Source: Octopus sinensis
Taxonomy: Eukaryota
Assembly: GCF_006345805.1 (NCBI RefSeq)
Contig: NC_042998.1
Span: forward strand, 183,396,001-183,460,000
Length of the DNA stretch: 64,000 nucleotides
Direction of reading: 5' to 3'
A model generated the notes under the pieces. That model was not told the DNA's origin, did not search any database, and saw only the letters and a program-made list of their open reading frames with translations. Both the position numbers and the translations under genes were made by a program. How positions within the stretch are numbered: the first letter of the stretch is position 1; the number at the start of each line of letters is the position of its first letter. Positions 24,501 through 38,705 of this stretch are shown one piece after another.

Positions 24501-27500
24501 ACGTTTCTGTTTCTGAAGAGGTCTTACTTATTTATTTTCCATATCTTTTGTTGTGCAGCGTTTGGAAAGGCCAATCTCCAATGACGTCCCGCGTCTTGCT
24601 TTCCTAACCGTTTAGTCGGAATCTTTATGTGGACGAAGCACTCACTGGATGGACATTGTAAATCTACACACAATCAAGCTGACACGCACACACTCAGTTC
24701 GCATTAGCGCCAAATTAGGATTTTCATATTGCAAGATCCTTGAAAGGGATAATCATTAGATTGATGTTCCTTACACTCCTTTGATCCGTTTATTCGATCC
24801 CATTTGCAAAGGGAAAATATGCAATATTTTTTTGCATACGTGGCGGCCCTTATTTGAATATATATATATATATATATTTTTTTTTTTTGCATCAGTGACA
24901 GAAATTGTGTTGATATTTTTTTTTAACGCCGGTTCATTTTTTTTGTATAACTGATTTCGTCTCATAAACCAGTAATTATTGTAAATGCAGCACGGATTTT
25001 TGTCAGTGAACAGGTCGCGGATTTTAGCGACGAAAATATTTTGACAAATTAAACTTAAATGTTGAAGTGAATCGAACGGCTTTTGTGTGTTTCTTAAATG
25101 GCTTACAAACACCTTCCACGCTGCAATTGTTTATTGTAAATAATTCGTTTGAAAAGAAAAATTTCGAAAAACAAAAAAAAAATCAGTTTTTTAATATATA
25201 GTCAAGTAAATAGCGATAATAAATTTTAAAACTTGTTCGGGCTTGAAATATCCGGCAAGCAAACAAAGCAACGATAGTTTCTTCTTTTTTTTTTGTGTGT
25301 GTGTGGTTAGATAGAATGGTGGAAGTATTGCACTTAGAGAAAAAATTGTGGTGGTTTGCATGCGTAAATGTTATTTCATTGAAGAGCGAAATTGAAGTCT
25401 TATTTATGTGAGAAGTATAAATACACTAAGCGAACATTATTTTACATATTTTGATGGAATATGTTGATTAAGACCGACACCAATTTGCAGCAAGACTTAA
25501 AAAGGCGAATTCAGCATCTGCAAAATTTGATCTCACCAAAATAATGATGCACTGTAAAAGTATCTGAGATTGTCTGTCCTGACTAATAATAGATATGATA
25601 TTGTTTTGCAGACACTAAGTGGTATCGGGTGTTCTGTTAAAATGACCCAATTCTTATACAGCAGTATGAAGTTGCAGTTACTTTTAACTGTCCATGAAGA
25701 CATTTTGCATATTTCTTTCTTAAGACACAGAAAAGGTTTTGAAAATGCAAATATATGGGGAATGTAATTGTGCAGCATTCATACCTTTTTTAGTGGCATC
25801 AAGCATAAACCTTAACGATTAGAAGAAGACATGACAAACACGAAACCTGATTGCTATGTTTATTTATAGTTTACAGCAGCTGCAGTTGTATTCTTAGATA
25901 TTAATTAGATTTTAGCTGAGTGAGCATAAATAAATTGCACTTGCTGGCTTTCAGCAGTTTTTGGAATATCAGATAAGTAAAGCATTTCGATTCAGTAAAT
26001 ACTGACCCCCATCCGAGATTTTAACGATAAAATATTGGAGTTACTACGATAATTATTTTATGCTGTAGAAATGAAAAGTCGGTCGCTGTTCAGAGGTCCC
26101 GTAGGGTTAGGGTTAGTTTTTAGGGGCCTCTGTATTTAAGTAGTACCCAGAAACCCGCCTTATCGCAAATTTGCGATCGATAATAATTATAATAATAGAT
26201 TTTTACTGGAGGCACACGGCCTGAAATTTTGGGGGAAGGGACTAGTCAATTACATCGACCCCGAAAGGATGAAAGGTAAAGTCGATCTCGGCGGAATTTG
26301 AACTCAGAACGTAGCGAAGCATTTCGTCCGGCGCGCTAACGGTTCTGTCAGCTCGCCGCCTTATAATAATGGTTTCAAATTTTGGCACAGGGCGAGCAAT
26401 TTCGGGGAGCGGGTAAATCGATTACATCAACCCCAGTGCTCAACTGGCACTTAAAGGATGGAAGACAAAGTCGACTTAGCGGAATTTGAACTTAGAACGC
26501 GAAGCATTTTGCCTAATAATAATAATAATAATAATAATTATTATTATTATTATTATGACTCGCATTTTAATTAGTGAAAATAAACACAAAATCTCTATGA
26601 AGGTTTGTAGAATTGATTTTTCAGCTTGGCACAAGACCAACTTTTACAGATGTATATTATTAGTTGAATATATTGACCGAGTTTACATATTAACGTCCAA
26701 GTTGACTCAAATCCAGTTAACTGAACGATAAAACTCAGTAAAGTATTTAGTTTGGCGCTTTACTGGTTTTCATCAACTTAATAATATTGATTTACCTATG
26801 TTTTATCAATATTTCGAGATTTGTAGACTTTATCAGATCTGTAGTACATGAAAAAGTGTGTGCGTAATAAAATGTTTTGTAAAATATGTCAGTATTTAAC
26901 GTGTATACATTAAAAGAAAGGTTTTTATCCGATATGCACGGTATCTCGAGGAGAAGAAACAAAGTTCGTCACATCGTCAGCTTCAACTAGCATTGTTAAA
27001 ACTACACAAAAAAAGCTCATTTGGAAAAGTAAACGGAGTTGGGTGGATTAACTCATAATAGTGAACTCAACAAAATACGGTTAATTATTTGAAAGCTTTC
27101 AGAAAAGGAATCCCTGTCAGACGAGTTAAATATATATATAAGATGGTCCGATTTGAATTTTATCTTCTACGGAAGGAAGAGCAAGCCTTCTTCTATCATA
27201 CTCTCAATTTTGGTCAACTTGTGCCGCAGGATCTCGGAGGAGATAGTGTTAGTTGAAGGCTACCAAACCTGCCATATACAGACAACTTCAGCTTTATATA
27301 TATATAGAGATGTAATAAAAAAAATTTCGAATTGATGCAGATTTTTTGGCTGTCGTTGTTTCATCACACCGATAACCAATGAAAATATCTTGGTCATCGG
27401 CGTGAGCTGGTTCTTTTCACTTTAATGTTTTTGTCTGTTTTTTTAATTTCGATTTGCATACGTTCAATTCGCTACTACCAAGTTTCATCAAGTTTAAATG

Positions 27501-28476
27501 GGGGGGGGGGAAGAAGAGGTGGGACGGGATAAAAAAATATTTTTTGCATATTCGTAATCTCCGACATCTAAAAAGTAGGAATCCGAAATTATTTTCAAAA
27601 AAAAAAAAAAAAAACCATTTTTCAAGGAGAGGTGCGAAACTGCATTTAGCCCCATTTTCTCTTATCTCATTTTAATTGATAAATGCTTTAAGGTGATAAA
27701 AAAAAAATGTGTGTAAACAATTTCAAACTGATTAGGTGCAGGATATATAAATGTGCAAATTTTAATAATCCAGTCAACATTTCTATTTCTCACTTTTTTC
27801 TTTCTCGTTATGAGAAAAGAATATAGAATACGATAGGTATATGCCTATAACAGTGCATGTGTGTACTAAATGTCTGAGAATTATTGAATGAGCAACAAAC
27901 ACTTTTACCAAGCCGATGATAATGTATATAGCTTCTATATTTGTGTTGTCTGCGCTGTGTCCATGACCTAGATATTTTTCTGATTCAGATTACGTACCGT
28001 AAAGGCTTCGCAGCTATGAACAGCGGGAACGATTGTTTTTTTTTTATCAGATTTACAATTGCCTAACGGAAGATATCAATAAAAAGAAAATTATTAATAA
28101 ACTGTTTTGCAATTTGTTCCACAGTTCCAATCTCTTTGTGATCAAGAGATAAATGTGCTTTTTGTTTCTTATTGTGTGCTTACCCCCCACCCCATTTATT
28201 AACGGAAGCAACTATGGGCATTCACAGCATTACTTGCGGGTGGTGAAGTGATTGAAGAAACACTGGACTATCCAATGTGTCATATAAAAAAAAAACCCCA
28301 AGAACTTCGTGGCTAGCGGTCCCAATCTCTTCAAACGTCACAAATACGACGGGTTGAAAAATGTTATTTACGTGTAAGTGGTGACACATCTGCGACTTAG
28401 CATGCACAGCCGCAGACGTGCTATATCTACCAGATGGATTTCCCTATTTCGATCTGTATGCTTTCATTTAAGATAT

Positions 28477-28519
<43 letters not shown>

Positions 28520-31500
28520 GGAAGCATTGCACTTTATTTACAGTTTGAAATAAATAGTCGATATTCGATTAATTTTGATTTTTGTATATGCACAAATTTG
28601 CGTCTATTATTTGTTAGGGTGATCATGGTTGAAATGCGTTTGTTGAAACCAGAGGGAAAAAAAAATTGCCGATTCCTTAAAAGAATGGAATGTTATGATT
28701 GAAAAACTATAGTCACAATGTTACACACACACATACAATTCATATTTGAAATGCACGTGTAGAAATCAAGTTTGACTATTATATTTTTCATACCATGTAG
28801 ATTGTACATGAGATTTCAGATGTCACCAATGGCAAGGTCAACTCCTGCAATCATTTTTCAGAGCCTTTGACACCGGTGGGAAGAATAGGAAGTTATCTTC
28901 AGACCAAAACCTAAGTGGATTCTGCTAAAAACTTTCCAAGTGATGGTGACTTAGGTTCTACTCAGTGGGATCAAATTTGAAAGCTTATAGTTTGCTATGC
29001 AAGCTTGTATATGCCACTCATGAACTGGCACTGAACTGACCTAACAATTTACAACAATGTTCATGTATGCATTGTCAGCATGGGCTAAGAATGGACAAAA
29101 CTCCATCCCTCAGGCTACTTAGAAGTTTGACTAATTTTCAAATTTTATTTAATGTTCTTCAAATAGCTCAGCCAACATATGATCTGCTTGCTAAATGCAT
29201 GTGGTTTGTGAGCAACCATTTGACCATCCCTGCTATGTAACTAAATCTCTCTATCTGTCACTATATTTTGTTTCTAGTATTACCATGCATCTATACTATA
29301 CAAGTGGTTGTACAAGAAGCACAAGGGACAAATTCTGATGGCCAAGGCCAAGGAGAACCACTTGATGAAGGCAAAAATGCTTCTGAACAAGCTGAGCTGG
29401 AAATGATCTGGTTTTTAGATGCAAAGAACTTCCACCTGGACAAGTTGCGCAACACACAGAACATCAGGTAGCTTGCCTACAATCCATGTGATGTCCCATG
29501 TATCATGAAAACTAACATCCCCCAAACTTTGATGGCTTTTGGGTGTGTCTTCAGTGAGAGTGATGTCATGCTGCTCCATATCTTTGAAGAGGGCTTAGGG
29601 TCAGTTCAGATGTGAAACTGCTGGAGAATGTGGTCAAACTCTGGCTGGGGAGGCCATATGTGTGATAACAGGATTTGGCTCCTTGCCATACCTTCCGAAA
29701 GAGTCAGATGTGGTTGTTGAAGAATTTCTATAACTTCGCTAGCTCCAATTTATGGCCTCCTAATCCCCTGATTGCAATCCCTAAGACAGACACCATGGCC
29801 AAGCTGGTAGATAAAATCAAGATGTTCAAAGATCTCAAGGACACAGGAATGCATTCATCAGGTTCCACAGCTGTTTTGAGGCTGTAGTGGAAGCTTTAAG
29901 TAAACTTATCTCTTAGCTGTAATTTCATTGATATTCTTGACTTTTTGAAATATTTTTTATTTTTGGATGAGAATATTGTTTTCCTGTTATGCAAACTGTC
30001 AAATTTAGTCAGAACATCCTGTAAATAATGCTACGTATATCTTGTTTTTTTAAAAAATTTCATGTTAAAATTTGTAAACAAATAGCATTGTTGGCTCCAA
30101 GGTTCCAACAGGCCAGTCATTTGTTTAATGTATTTCTGATGGCAATGGTGATAAGGAGCATCTGTAAACTCTGTGGAAAGGATTTCATTCAACTAGCACA
30201 ATTTTTTGCTACTGTTAACATCCCTTGTTGATAAATCTTGGTTAAAGATATGAATGCATACACACACATTGAACTTGTGTATAGTTTCTATCCACCAAAT
30301 TCCATTCACAAGATACTGCAATATAAATGTGTATGCAAGTTCATATATTTATGTATGTGTGTATACATATATATATATATACATACACATAAGTGGGGTG
30401 GTACTGAAAAGTTCTTGGCTTTCGGTAAAAGAAAATACAGGAGGATTAGTTAATGTGATTTTATTCAACATTCTCCCCTTTCAGATTCCCACATTTATTG
30501 CAGTTCTTAACCTTCATTTTATTTTCTAAAATCAAGGATAGCGAAAGTAATGCTCTTTTCTCTATATAGAATCAGAACATGTAGCTTGTAAGCATCAGTC
30601 TCTCAAAATAGATATCCTATACAAATGATTGCAGACTTCATATGCATACTCCATCACTAATCCTATTCAGTTGTTATTAAGCACCCACTTTCTTTAAAGA
30701 TACATATCAATATGTGACATGTGATCTAGCCCTAGCCACTTTCTGATTTGTGCTGGCCTATTGTGAAGGATCTATTGATCTTTTACAACAGGTCAGTACA
30801 GCTTGGCATTGGGTGTAGGCATATTTATTACTTTCTGATTGAAGGATCAGAGATCTTATTTCATTAGTGATGCACTTAAGACACTGCTTAAACAATTGAA
30901 ATGCATTCATTTGGTAATAGCTGAAAAGTTGTAGATCTTGAAACTGGAATTAGGCACTGAGAATAAAGTGCTAATAAGTGTTCAGAAGATCATGAATTCA
31001 ATATTGTTTCAGGTAAACTGCACACTGTCACTACATATTTAAAAAAATACAAATCATGATTACTTTATCACCGTAAAGATGAATAGCACGAAGTGAAAAA
31101 CCTCAATGTTGCTACAAATACTGTGCTTAAATGTCACTGAGGATCTCTTCTGATGAACATACATCATCATAGCCTAATCTGATTGACAAAGACTGGCTTT
31201 TCACTTGAGAGCCCCCAAAAAGTTCATGTCCCAGCTATGAACCCTCTACAAAGCTCTCATGAGTGAGACCTACAATGTTATTCCAACACCAAGGCCAATG
31301 CTGCTGCTACCCCCTCCCCTAGACTATCCAAAGAAAGACTCCTAGATTGATTATTATGAAGTCAATTACTGGCACATTCCAAAACTGACACTCAGATATA
31401 CTATCTCTCTACCTTTTCTAACAATAGTGCAATGGCCTCTACTTTTTGGAGCTGGTTTGTTTCATGTCACTCCCGCTAAACTCCCTTGATTTACTTGTCT

Positions 31501-34500
31501 CTCTCTTTTTTATTACCCTTATTGTGTCCACTCTCTTAGTTCCATACAAATCACTATATCTAATCCTTTCACCTCAGTTTGCTAACCCTCTGAAATTTTT
31601 ATCAACATGTTTTTTCTCGTCTATATCAACTTGAAACTATTCAAGAGGAATGTTGCCCATGTTGATTTCATTGGTCTCACAGCCCTTCCCCCGACAAAGA
31701 TTTATGCTAAGAAAAATGTATGTGAAACAGTTACAGAAAGTCATTGATTGATTTGGGCCTTATTTGCATTGGTTAAAAATATAATATTTATGTATCAGTA
31801 AGAATATATCACTGAAATAGTTTGGTATTGTTTTGCTAATGGTATCGTAAATCTATAATAATGATTCTACATTTGTGTTTGGCTCTTATATATAACCTAA
31901 TATTTTATAAGGAATTTAAAATTTCTGAATGGTATAACAATGCACTATAATACAAACAATGGACTATATGCCTGTTGTAATTTAGTCATCCATAGTGTGA
32001 TATGATATTTCGGAATAATATTCCTTCTTCAGATATTCTTAGATGGACTCACTGCTATAATCAGTTTTCCAACGGCTTTTATTTTTTTGGGAAGCGTCTC
32101 AGCAGTGGTCTCACGATGCTCCTTTCAGAATTCCTCATGAGTAGTGTGTGAGGTCAGCTATGTCTCAATCACATGTGTGCTGGTACATCCTTAGTACTGC
32201 TTCTAAGTTATGTATTATATGTGCTTTTTTTTTCTCTCTTTTTTTGTTATAAACTACAGATGAGCATATTATCAAAAATAAACCTACACGCATAGGAAGC
32301 TATACTCATACACAGACTAGGGCGCCAAATTAACAACAGGCTGGAGGTTGGTAATCAGTACATTATTTAGATACATTTGGATGCGTGTAGGTTCATTTTT
32401 GATAATATGCTCATCGGTAGTTTATAACAAAAAAAAAGGGGGGAAAAGCAAGCTGCACGTATAATACATAACTTAGAAACAGCGCTACGGATGTACCAGC
32501 ACACATGAGATTGAGACATGGCCAACCTCACACACTTATCATGAGGAATTCTGGAAGGAGCATCGTGAGACCACTGCTGAGACGCTTCCAAAAAGAAAGA
32601 AAAGCCGTTGGAAAACTGATTATAGCAGTGAGTCCATTCCGAAATATCATATCAGATTATGGATGACTAAATTACAACGGGTATATAGCCCATTGTCTGT
32701 ATTATAGTGCATTGTTATACCATTCAAAACTTTTTATTCTTTACAAACAATACACAATGCTTCAAGCGAGCTACAATACTCTCCTAATATTTTATGAGTA
32801 TAAACAATTTATGACAGCATTTATAAACTATATGACTAGGTACAGGTAAATGTGATTATTAAATGCATTGAATGTGCATGACAATAAGATATCATTATAT
32901 TTATAGCATGGGGAAATAAGATTTCTGGGAATTCTGTATAAAATTTAATTTATTTTTACCATTTATTTGGCTTAAAATCAAATATTTGTTGTTTCAGTTG
33001 GATTTGCAGCCAGACGAACGAGCCAAAGTCCTCAAATTGGATGTGGGTAAGTGAAAAATTGAGCAGCATCATGGTTTTTCTTTTACTGAAGATTTATGTG
33101 GCACAAACTTGTGGAAGCTACAGTTGCACTCATAGATATTTGACCTCATTTTTTTTTTTTTATAAACTCCCCTCATATTGGCTGACTCTGCCACCTGATA
33201 TTGGCATGGTTACAACCTGTAAACAATGTCAAATTCATAAAACAATCTGGTTTGGAACAAAAAAAAAATTGATGTTGGTGTGATAAGGAAATGTGCTTCT
33301 CTAACAGCTGTATCCACTGTTGGTGATTTTAGTTGTATTTGATATATTTATTTTACTCTATCAAAGTTGTTCAGGGCTTTCAGTATTTTCCCCCCTCGCT
33401 ATTTATGTACCCCCTGCTAGTCATCATGCTCTCATATATATCCTCTAGTGCTGGTGCCATGAAAAACTCTACTCAATACACTCTGTAAAGTGGTTGGGAT
33501 TAGGAAAGGCATACAGTTGTTGAAACTAAGCCAAAATGAGTAAGATTTGGTCTTCCTACCCTATGGAAGTACAGCAATGACGCATCCAGGCCATGTCATC
33601 ATGGAAAGTTGACTCAAATCAATGATGATGATTTCTTGTTTTCATTGTTGTGGTAATAGGTGCATGATCACTGCTATTTTGTTGCAGTACACAAGCGCAT
33701 ATATGCCGACGATGTTAATTGTTAATTTGTCTTCAGTAGAATACTCTGTATTTAGATTGTTTGAAAACTATTTAATTGGCAGAGGCATAGTACTGAGATT
33801 TTGTAGGCTTTCTTAGACTAATGAGATCAAAATGGATTTTCAACTTGAGCTATAAGGAAAATATAGCCAGGAATGTGGTTCTGGGGAATAAGCATTTGGA
33901 AAAGTGAGGGGCTGGTTAATAGGTGGGCTTGAATAGTGATGTACAACTTCACTAGTTTAATGTAACAGAAACTATTATAGTAAAAGTGGAAAATAAATAG
34001 CACATTTGCATAAAAATTAGTTGTGCAGTGTTGAATGAATTTTTGCCAATAGACATGAGTTTTTTTGTTTTAATCTGAAACGGACTCTAGGATGTTTGTG
34101 TGTGTATTGTTGCAACAATGTAATTTCAGATGTATGAGTGGTCATATTTGTGTTTTGGTATTGTTTAGTATGTTTGATTGGTGAAGTTGTAGATACCGAT
34201 CTGGAAATATCTTGGCAGGATAATTGTAACATACATGGGTTTTGATTTTTTGCCAGTCAGTTTAAATGATGCTTATAACAAGAAACTAATTGATGTACTT
34301 CACTGATGCAAAAAAAAACATTTTAACCTATAAAAAAAAAGTTACCTTTAGCACACTGCAACAGTTTAGTTTTTTACTATTTACTGTTGAAATTGATACT
34401 CTCTGTTATGTACCATAAATTGAGTGATTGGTGAAATACATGCTTCTACAATTCATGTAAATATCTTCAAATTTTTCAGCTAAATTTTTGGTGTTAAATT

Positions 34501-36625
34501 TTCTTTATAACATTTGTTCAGTTCAAGTTGTAGTGAAAGAGCTGTCTTTTAGGAACCATTTGCAAGTTCTGAAGACAAAATGAACTGGGAATCCTGTTGG
34601 CATTGTATTTTTGTTTAACAAATTTTCTAATGGATTTGTGTGTGCATGCATGTGTATGTATGTCTGCAAATCTGTTTTAAAACATTTCTTCAGAATCTTT
34701 TCTACAGCTTTGAAAAAATATTTTTGTTAGAATGATAATCAGTTTGTGAACTGTGAAGTAGATCATACTGAAGGATTAGTATTTATGTTCTTTAGTTATG
34801 GCATTTAGAGGTTTAGCACTTAATAACTTGATTATGAGTTTGTTAGTGTCAACGGATTTCTTTATATTTTTAAATTACAATTTGAGAAACCTTTTATTTT
34901 GTGTTGATTCAGTTTTATCAGTCAAATTTTCCTCAGATGTGGCATACAGCTATTATTGGAGCTAATTTTCTTGGATTACATCAACATCAGTGTTTTAAAA
35001 TAACTCCCATACATTTGCAGCATTAAAAAGATGTTAAATAAAAAAATAAAAATCCACACTATTTCTTGCAATAATTGCATATGGGGATGAAAAGGAGCTA
35101 AACATGTTGATATATGTAAATTAGTTTTTGGCTTTTATAATATTTTTCAGGTGATGAGATGCTGGCGTCTTTTGAGTAGGTCATCTTCATATCTTTCCCT
35201 TACAACCAATCAAGTACCAGCTTCTCATATCTATCTCTTTCTTTTTTCTCTCTATATTTGCAGCACTGAAAACACAAGGTCTCAAGGAGACCCAAACCTT
35301 GTACCTCAGTCTCAGACACCAGTTGCTGATGTAAGAGGAATGATTCAGCCGAACCATCTGCTTTTGGCAGCATTATTGCAAATCTTTATTATGATATGGT
35401 TTATCTATATTTTAAAACATGTTAGTCTAGGACAGAACAGAAATATGTTTATTTGATCAAATTTCTTTTAGAAATAATTTTAAACCTAAAATCTTTATAT
35501 TGCTGAAATCTAAAATTTATTTAATTCATATCAATCAAGATCCTTATCTTGAAATATTTTGAGAAAATTTAGCTACTGCTTAATTTTAGCAGTAAACGCA
35601 AAAGATTTTGACTCTTTATTTTATCGAACTGCCTGGTACTTAATGTTTAAATGCCACTTTTACATCAGCAACATATGCTGTACAGCAGAAACTGTCAGTA
35701 TGCAAGTAATATATGGTATCAGCAGTTAGTCTTCTTAAGCACACAACTTGGTCATATTTACATTGATTGGCTCAGTAAGTGTTGTGTGGCAATTTTTAAA
35801 ATCTTGATGTTGTAAAGGTGGATTATTTTATTCCTACAGTTTGTTAGTAGATATTGTTTATTAAAGAGTCTTTAGATTTTCATACTTAGATATCTAGTCC
35901 TGATTGACTTTCAAGCAATAGTTTTGTTTGTGTATCAGTAATGTTGCAGATTGTTCACTTGATCCAATCAGCTCTGATCTGCATTATCATGATTACAATA
36001 GAGGATCTGATGTCTACTAGATTAAATTTTAGTTTTCTAAATTTTAGTATATTTCTTTTAAAATAAATTTAATCAAACTGTGTGGTTTATTCTGATTATT
36101 GGTAGTAAAGTTTCAAGTTTGGGATTGGTAATTATAACAGATTCCATAATAAATCTGCTATCTTTTGATTTATGCTGGAAACAGATAGCTTCAGTTATAG
36201 CAAAGAGTTTCAATAATCACTAAATCATAAGTTAAAGAAAAATAGATTATGGAAATAAGTATACCAATAGTTATAAACAAAAAGTACATTAGTTCTTCAC
36301 TGCAGATAGATGCTGAGGCTTCTATGGTTTAAATCTTTGTAGTAGGTTTTTATGCTGCAGCAAGTTGGCTTTATGTAATGTGGAATGATCTACAATAATA
36401 ATGGCTGGTGAAACTGAAAATCTAATTAATCATACACGTGTACATAGCACACGCGTGCACACACACATATGCATACACATACACAAACACACACAATACA
36501 TACACATTTGATGATTGCTCTTAAAAAATTATGTAACATTTTAAAACTTTTAAATTATCTATTATACACACACATACATGCACATAAGCACAAATAAATG
36601 TGCATGTGCGTGTGTGTATATATAT

Positions 36626-36656
<31 letters not shown>

Positions 36657-38458
36657 TATATATATAACTCGTGTTGCATATTTTCCCCCCCTGTTTCATG
36701 ATTTGTCCTAGAAAAAACATTGGTTAAACTGAATAATTTTATCAAAAATGAGTACTGACTTATTACTGGGTTGCTAATCTGTGTATTTTGTTGGTGTGTG
36801 TCTGTGTGTGTATGTATATATATATATATATATATATATTGTGTGTGTGTATATACACGTGCATTGTGTAAGGGGAAGAAGGTATTTGGTTTAGACTTAG
36901 CTTTATGTATATATGTTGCCTATCCTGTATCTGTTATTTATATCTAAATTGCATCTGAAAAAAAGTAATTCTTTGCTTTTCTATTTCATATTGGATTTGA
37001 ACGCCATAATTTTTTATGTAGAGTAAAACAATATAAAGAGAAGAAACTACTATATTGTATCCCATCACTCAACAATTCCGTGTCTCACAGACAAAAAGAA
37101 CTATGTTCATTTATGTTTTTGTGCTTCACCTAAGATATCCCTGAAGCATATAAATGTAGTTACTCATGTATTCTGGTCAAACACCACTGAAAAAGAAAAG
37201 CAACAGCATCAGTCAAAACAAAATTTTTCATAACTGGGTTTTCAGCCTTTGGGGATATAATTCTTGAAAAGTATCAGTTGAAATTGTGTGACTTAAATTT
37301 TGATTTCTCTATTGTCTTTTTAACAGAGTTTCAACATTTTCTTTGCTAATCAGTTGTTGGGTTGTTTTCTTTCCAGTTCCAATCTCCTGTATTGCATATG
37401 GAATCCAGCTTCTAATAGGAAGGATGATATTTCTGAAATATTTTTCATAAGTTTTACTAAAATGAAACATAATTATCACCTTCACTTTCTAGCCTTTTGG
37501 TCTAGTTCCAGCTACTTTGAAAGGATGTCTGTATTATTTAGAACTTTCATTGAATTAAATTGAAGTACTCTAGTGATTTTAATGGTTAAAATCCCAGTAC
37601 TAATTATTTTTTTTGTTTTTTTTTTGTTCCTGAAACTGCTTTAATGCTGGTCGATGCTTGTCTGAAGGAGTTAACAAAAATAGTGTAGCTGTTCATGAAT
37701 GAATTTTAACATATCAATTATGGAATGATTTGATTGTTTGAACACATCTTCAATCATTTCTCATTAATTAGATCATATACATGACCATAAACTTTAAAAA
37801 TCTCCATCTCTGTGTGTATATAGATATGTATATATATATATCTCTATATATTCATATGTTCATATTTAAATATAGTGGTGGTATGTGTGTGGCAGAATTG
37901 GTAAAGCAGCAAACAAAATACTTTGAGGTATTTGGAATATGCTCCAAGTTCAGACCTTCCCAGATCCACTTTGCTCTTCACTTTTCCAAGGTCGATGAAA
38001 TAAGCATTGGAATTAATGCAGTCACCTCAGCATGACCATATATAATCAAAGAGGCAGTATTTTCAAACTACTCAGTAGCTCAATAAGAGAACTATTTTGG
38101 AAAAACAGTAATAAAGGAATGAAACTAGCAAGATTGTAGATGTAAGAGTCTGGCTTGGGGGTTAGTTTGTTTCCTCTCAATGCTTATGTGCAATTGATGT
38201 TTTACTTTAAAGGGAATCATCATCATCATCATTCTTTAATGTCCACTTTCTCGTGCTTGTGTGAGTTGGATGGAATTTATTGCGGTAGATTTTCTATGGT
38301 TGGGTGCCTTACCTGTCGCCAACACTCATTTGTTTCCAGGTAAGGTAATATTTCTTCCTGGCTACTTGTGTTTTTACAGAATATTGGAAATGAATGACAC
38401 TGCTTGACAGTGACAACTATTACAATGTCAAGACAACACATGGATTACATTCATGCAC

Positions 38459-38489
<31 letters not shown>

Positions 38490-38667
38490 AGACTGGTTTC
38501 TTTCTAAGTTTTCCTGTATACCAAACCCATTCACAAGGCTTTGAGCAGCCTGGGGCTATAATGGAAGACACCCTAGTTGTCATGCACCTGTAACCATGTA
38601 ATTGGGAAGCAAATTCCTCAACTGAAAATGTGTGTATGTATGTATATATATATATATTATATATATA

Positions 38668-38705
<38 letters not shown>

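Noticed and set aside
25612-25735. Open 124-nt phase 0-to-1 segment after a TTTTGCAG acceptor, a possible alternative PUF60 exon 2
   Set aside because: The donor (GTTTTG) is very weak and the peptide is unrecognisable.
29268-29471. [23 protein letters not shown]... as a possible PUF60 exon
   Set aside because: Other frames give DD37D transposase motifs, so it is a transposon remnant.
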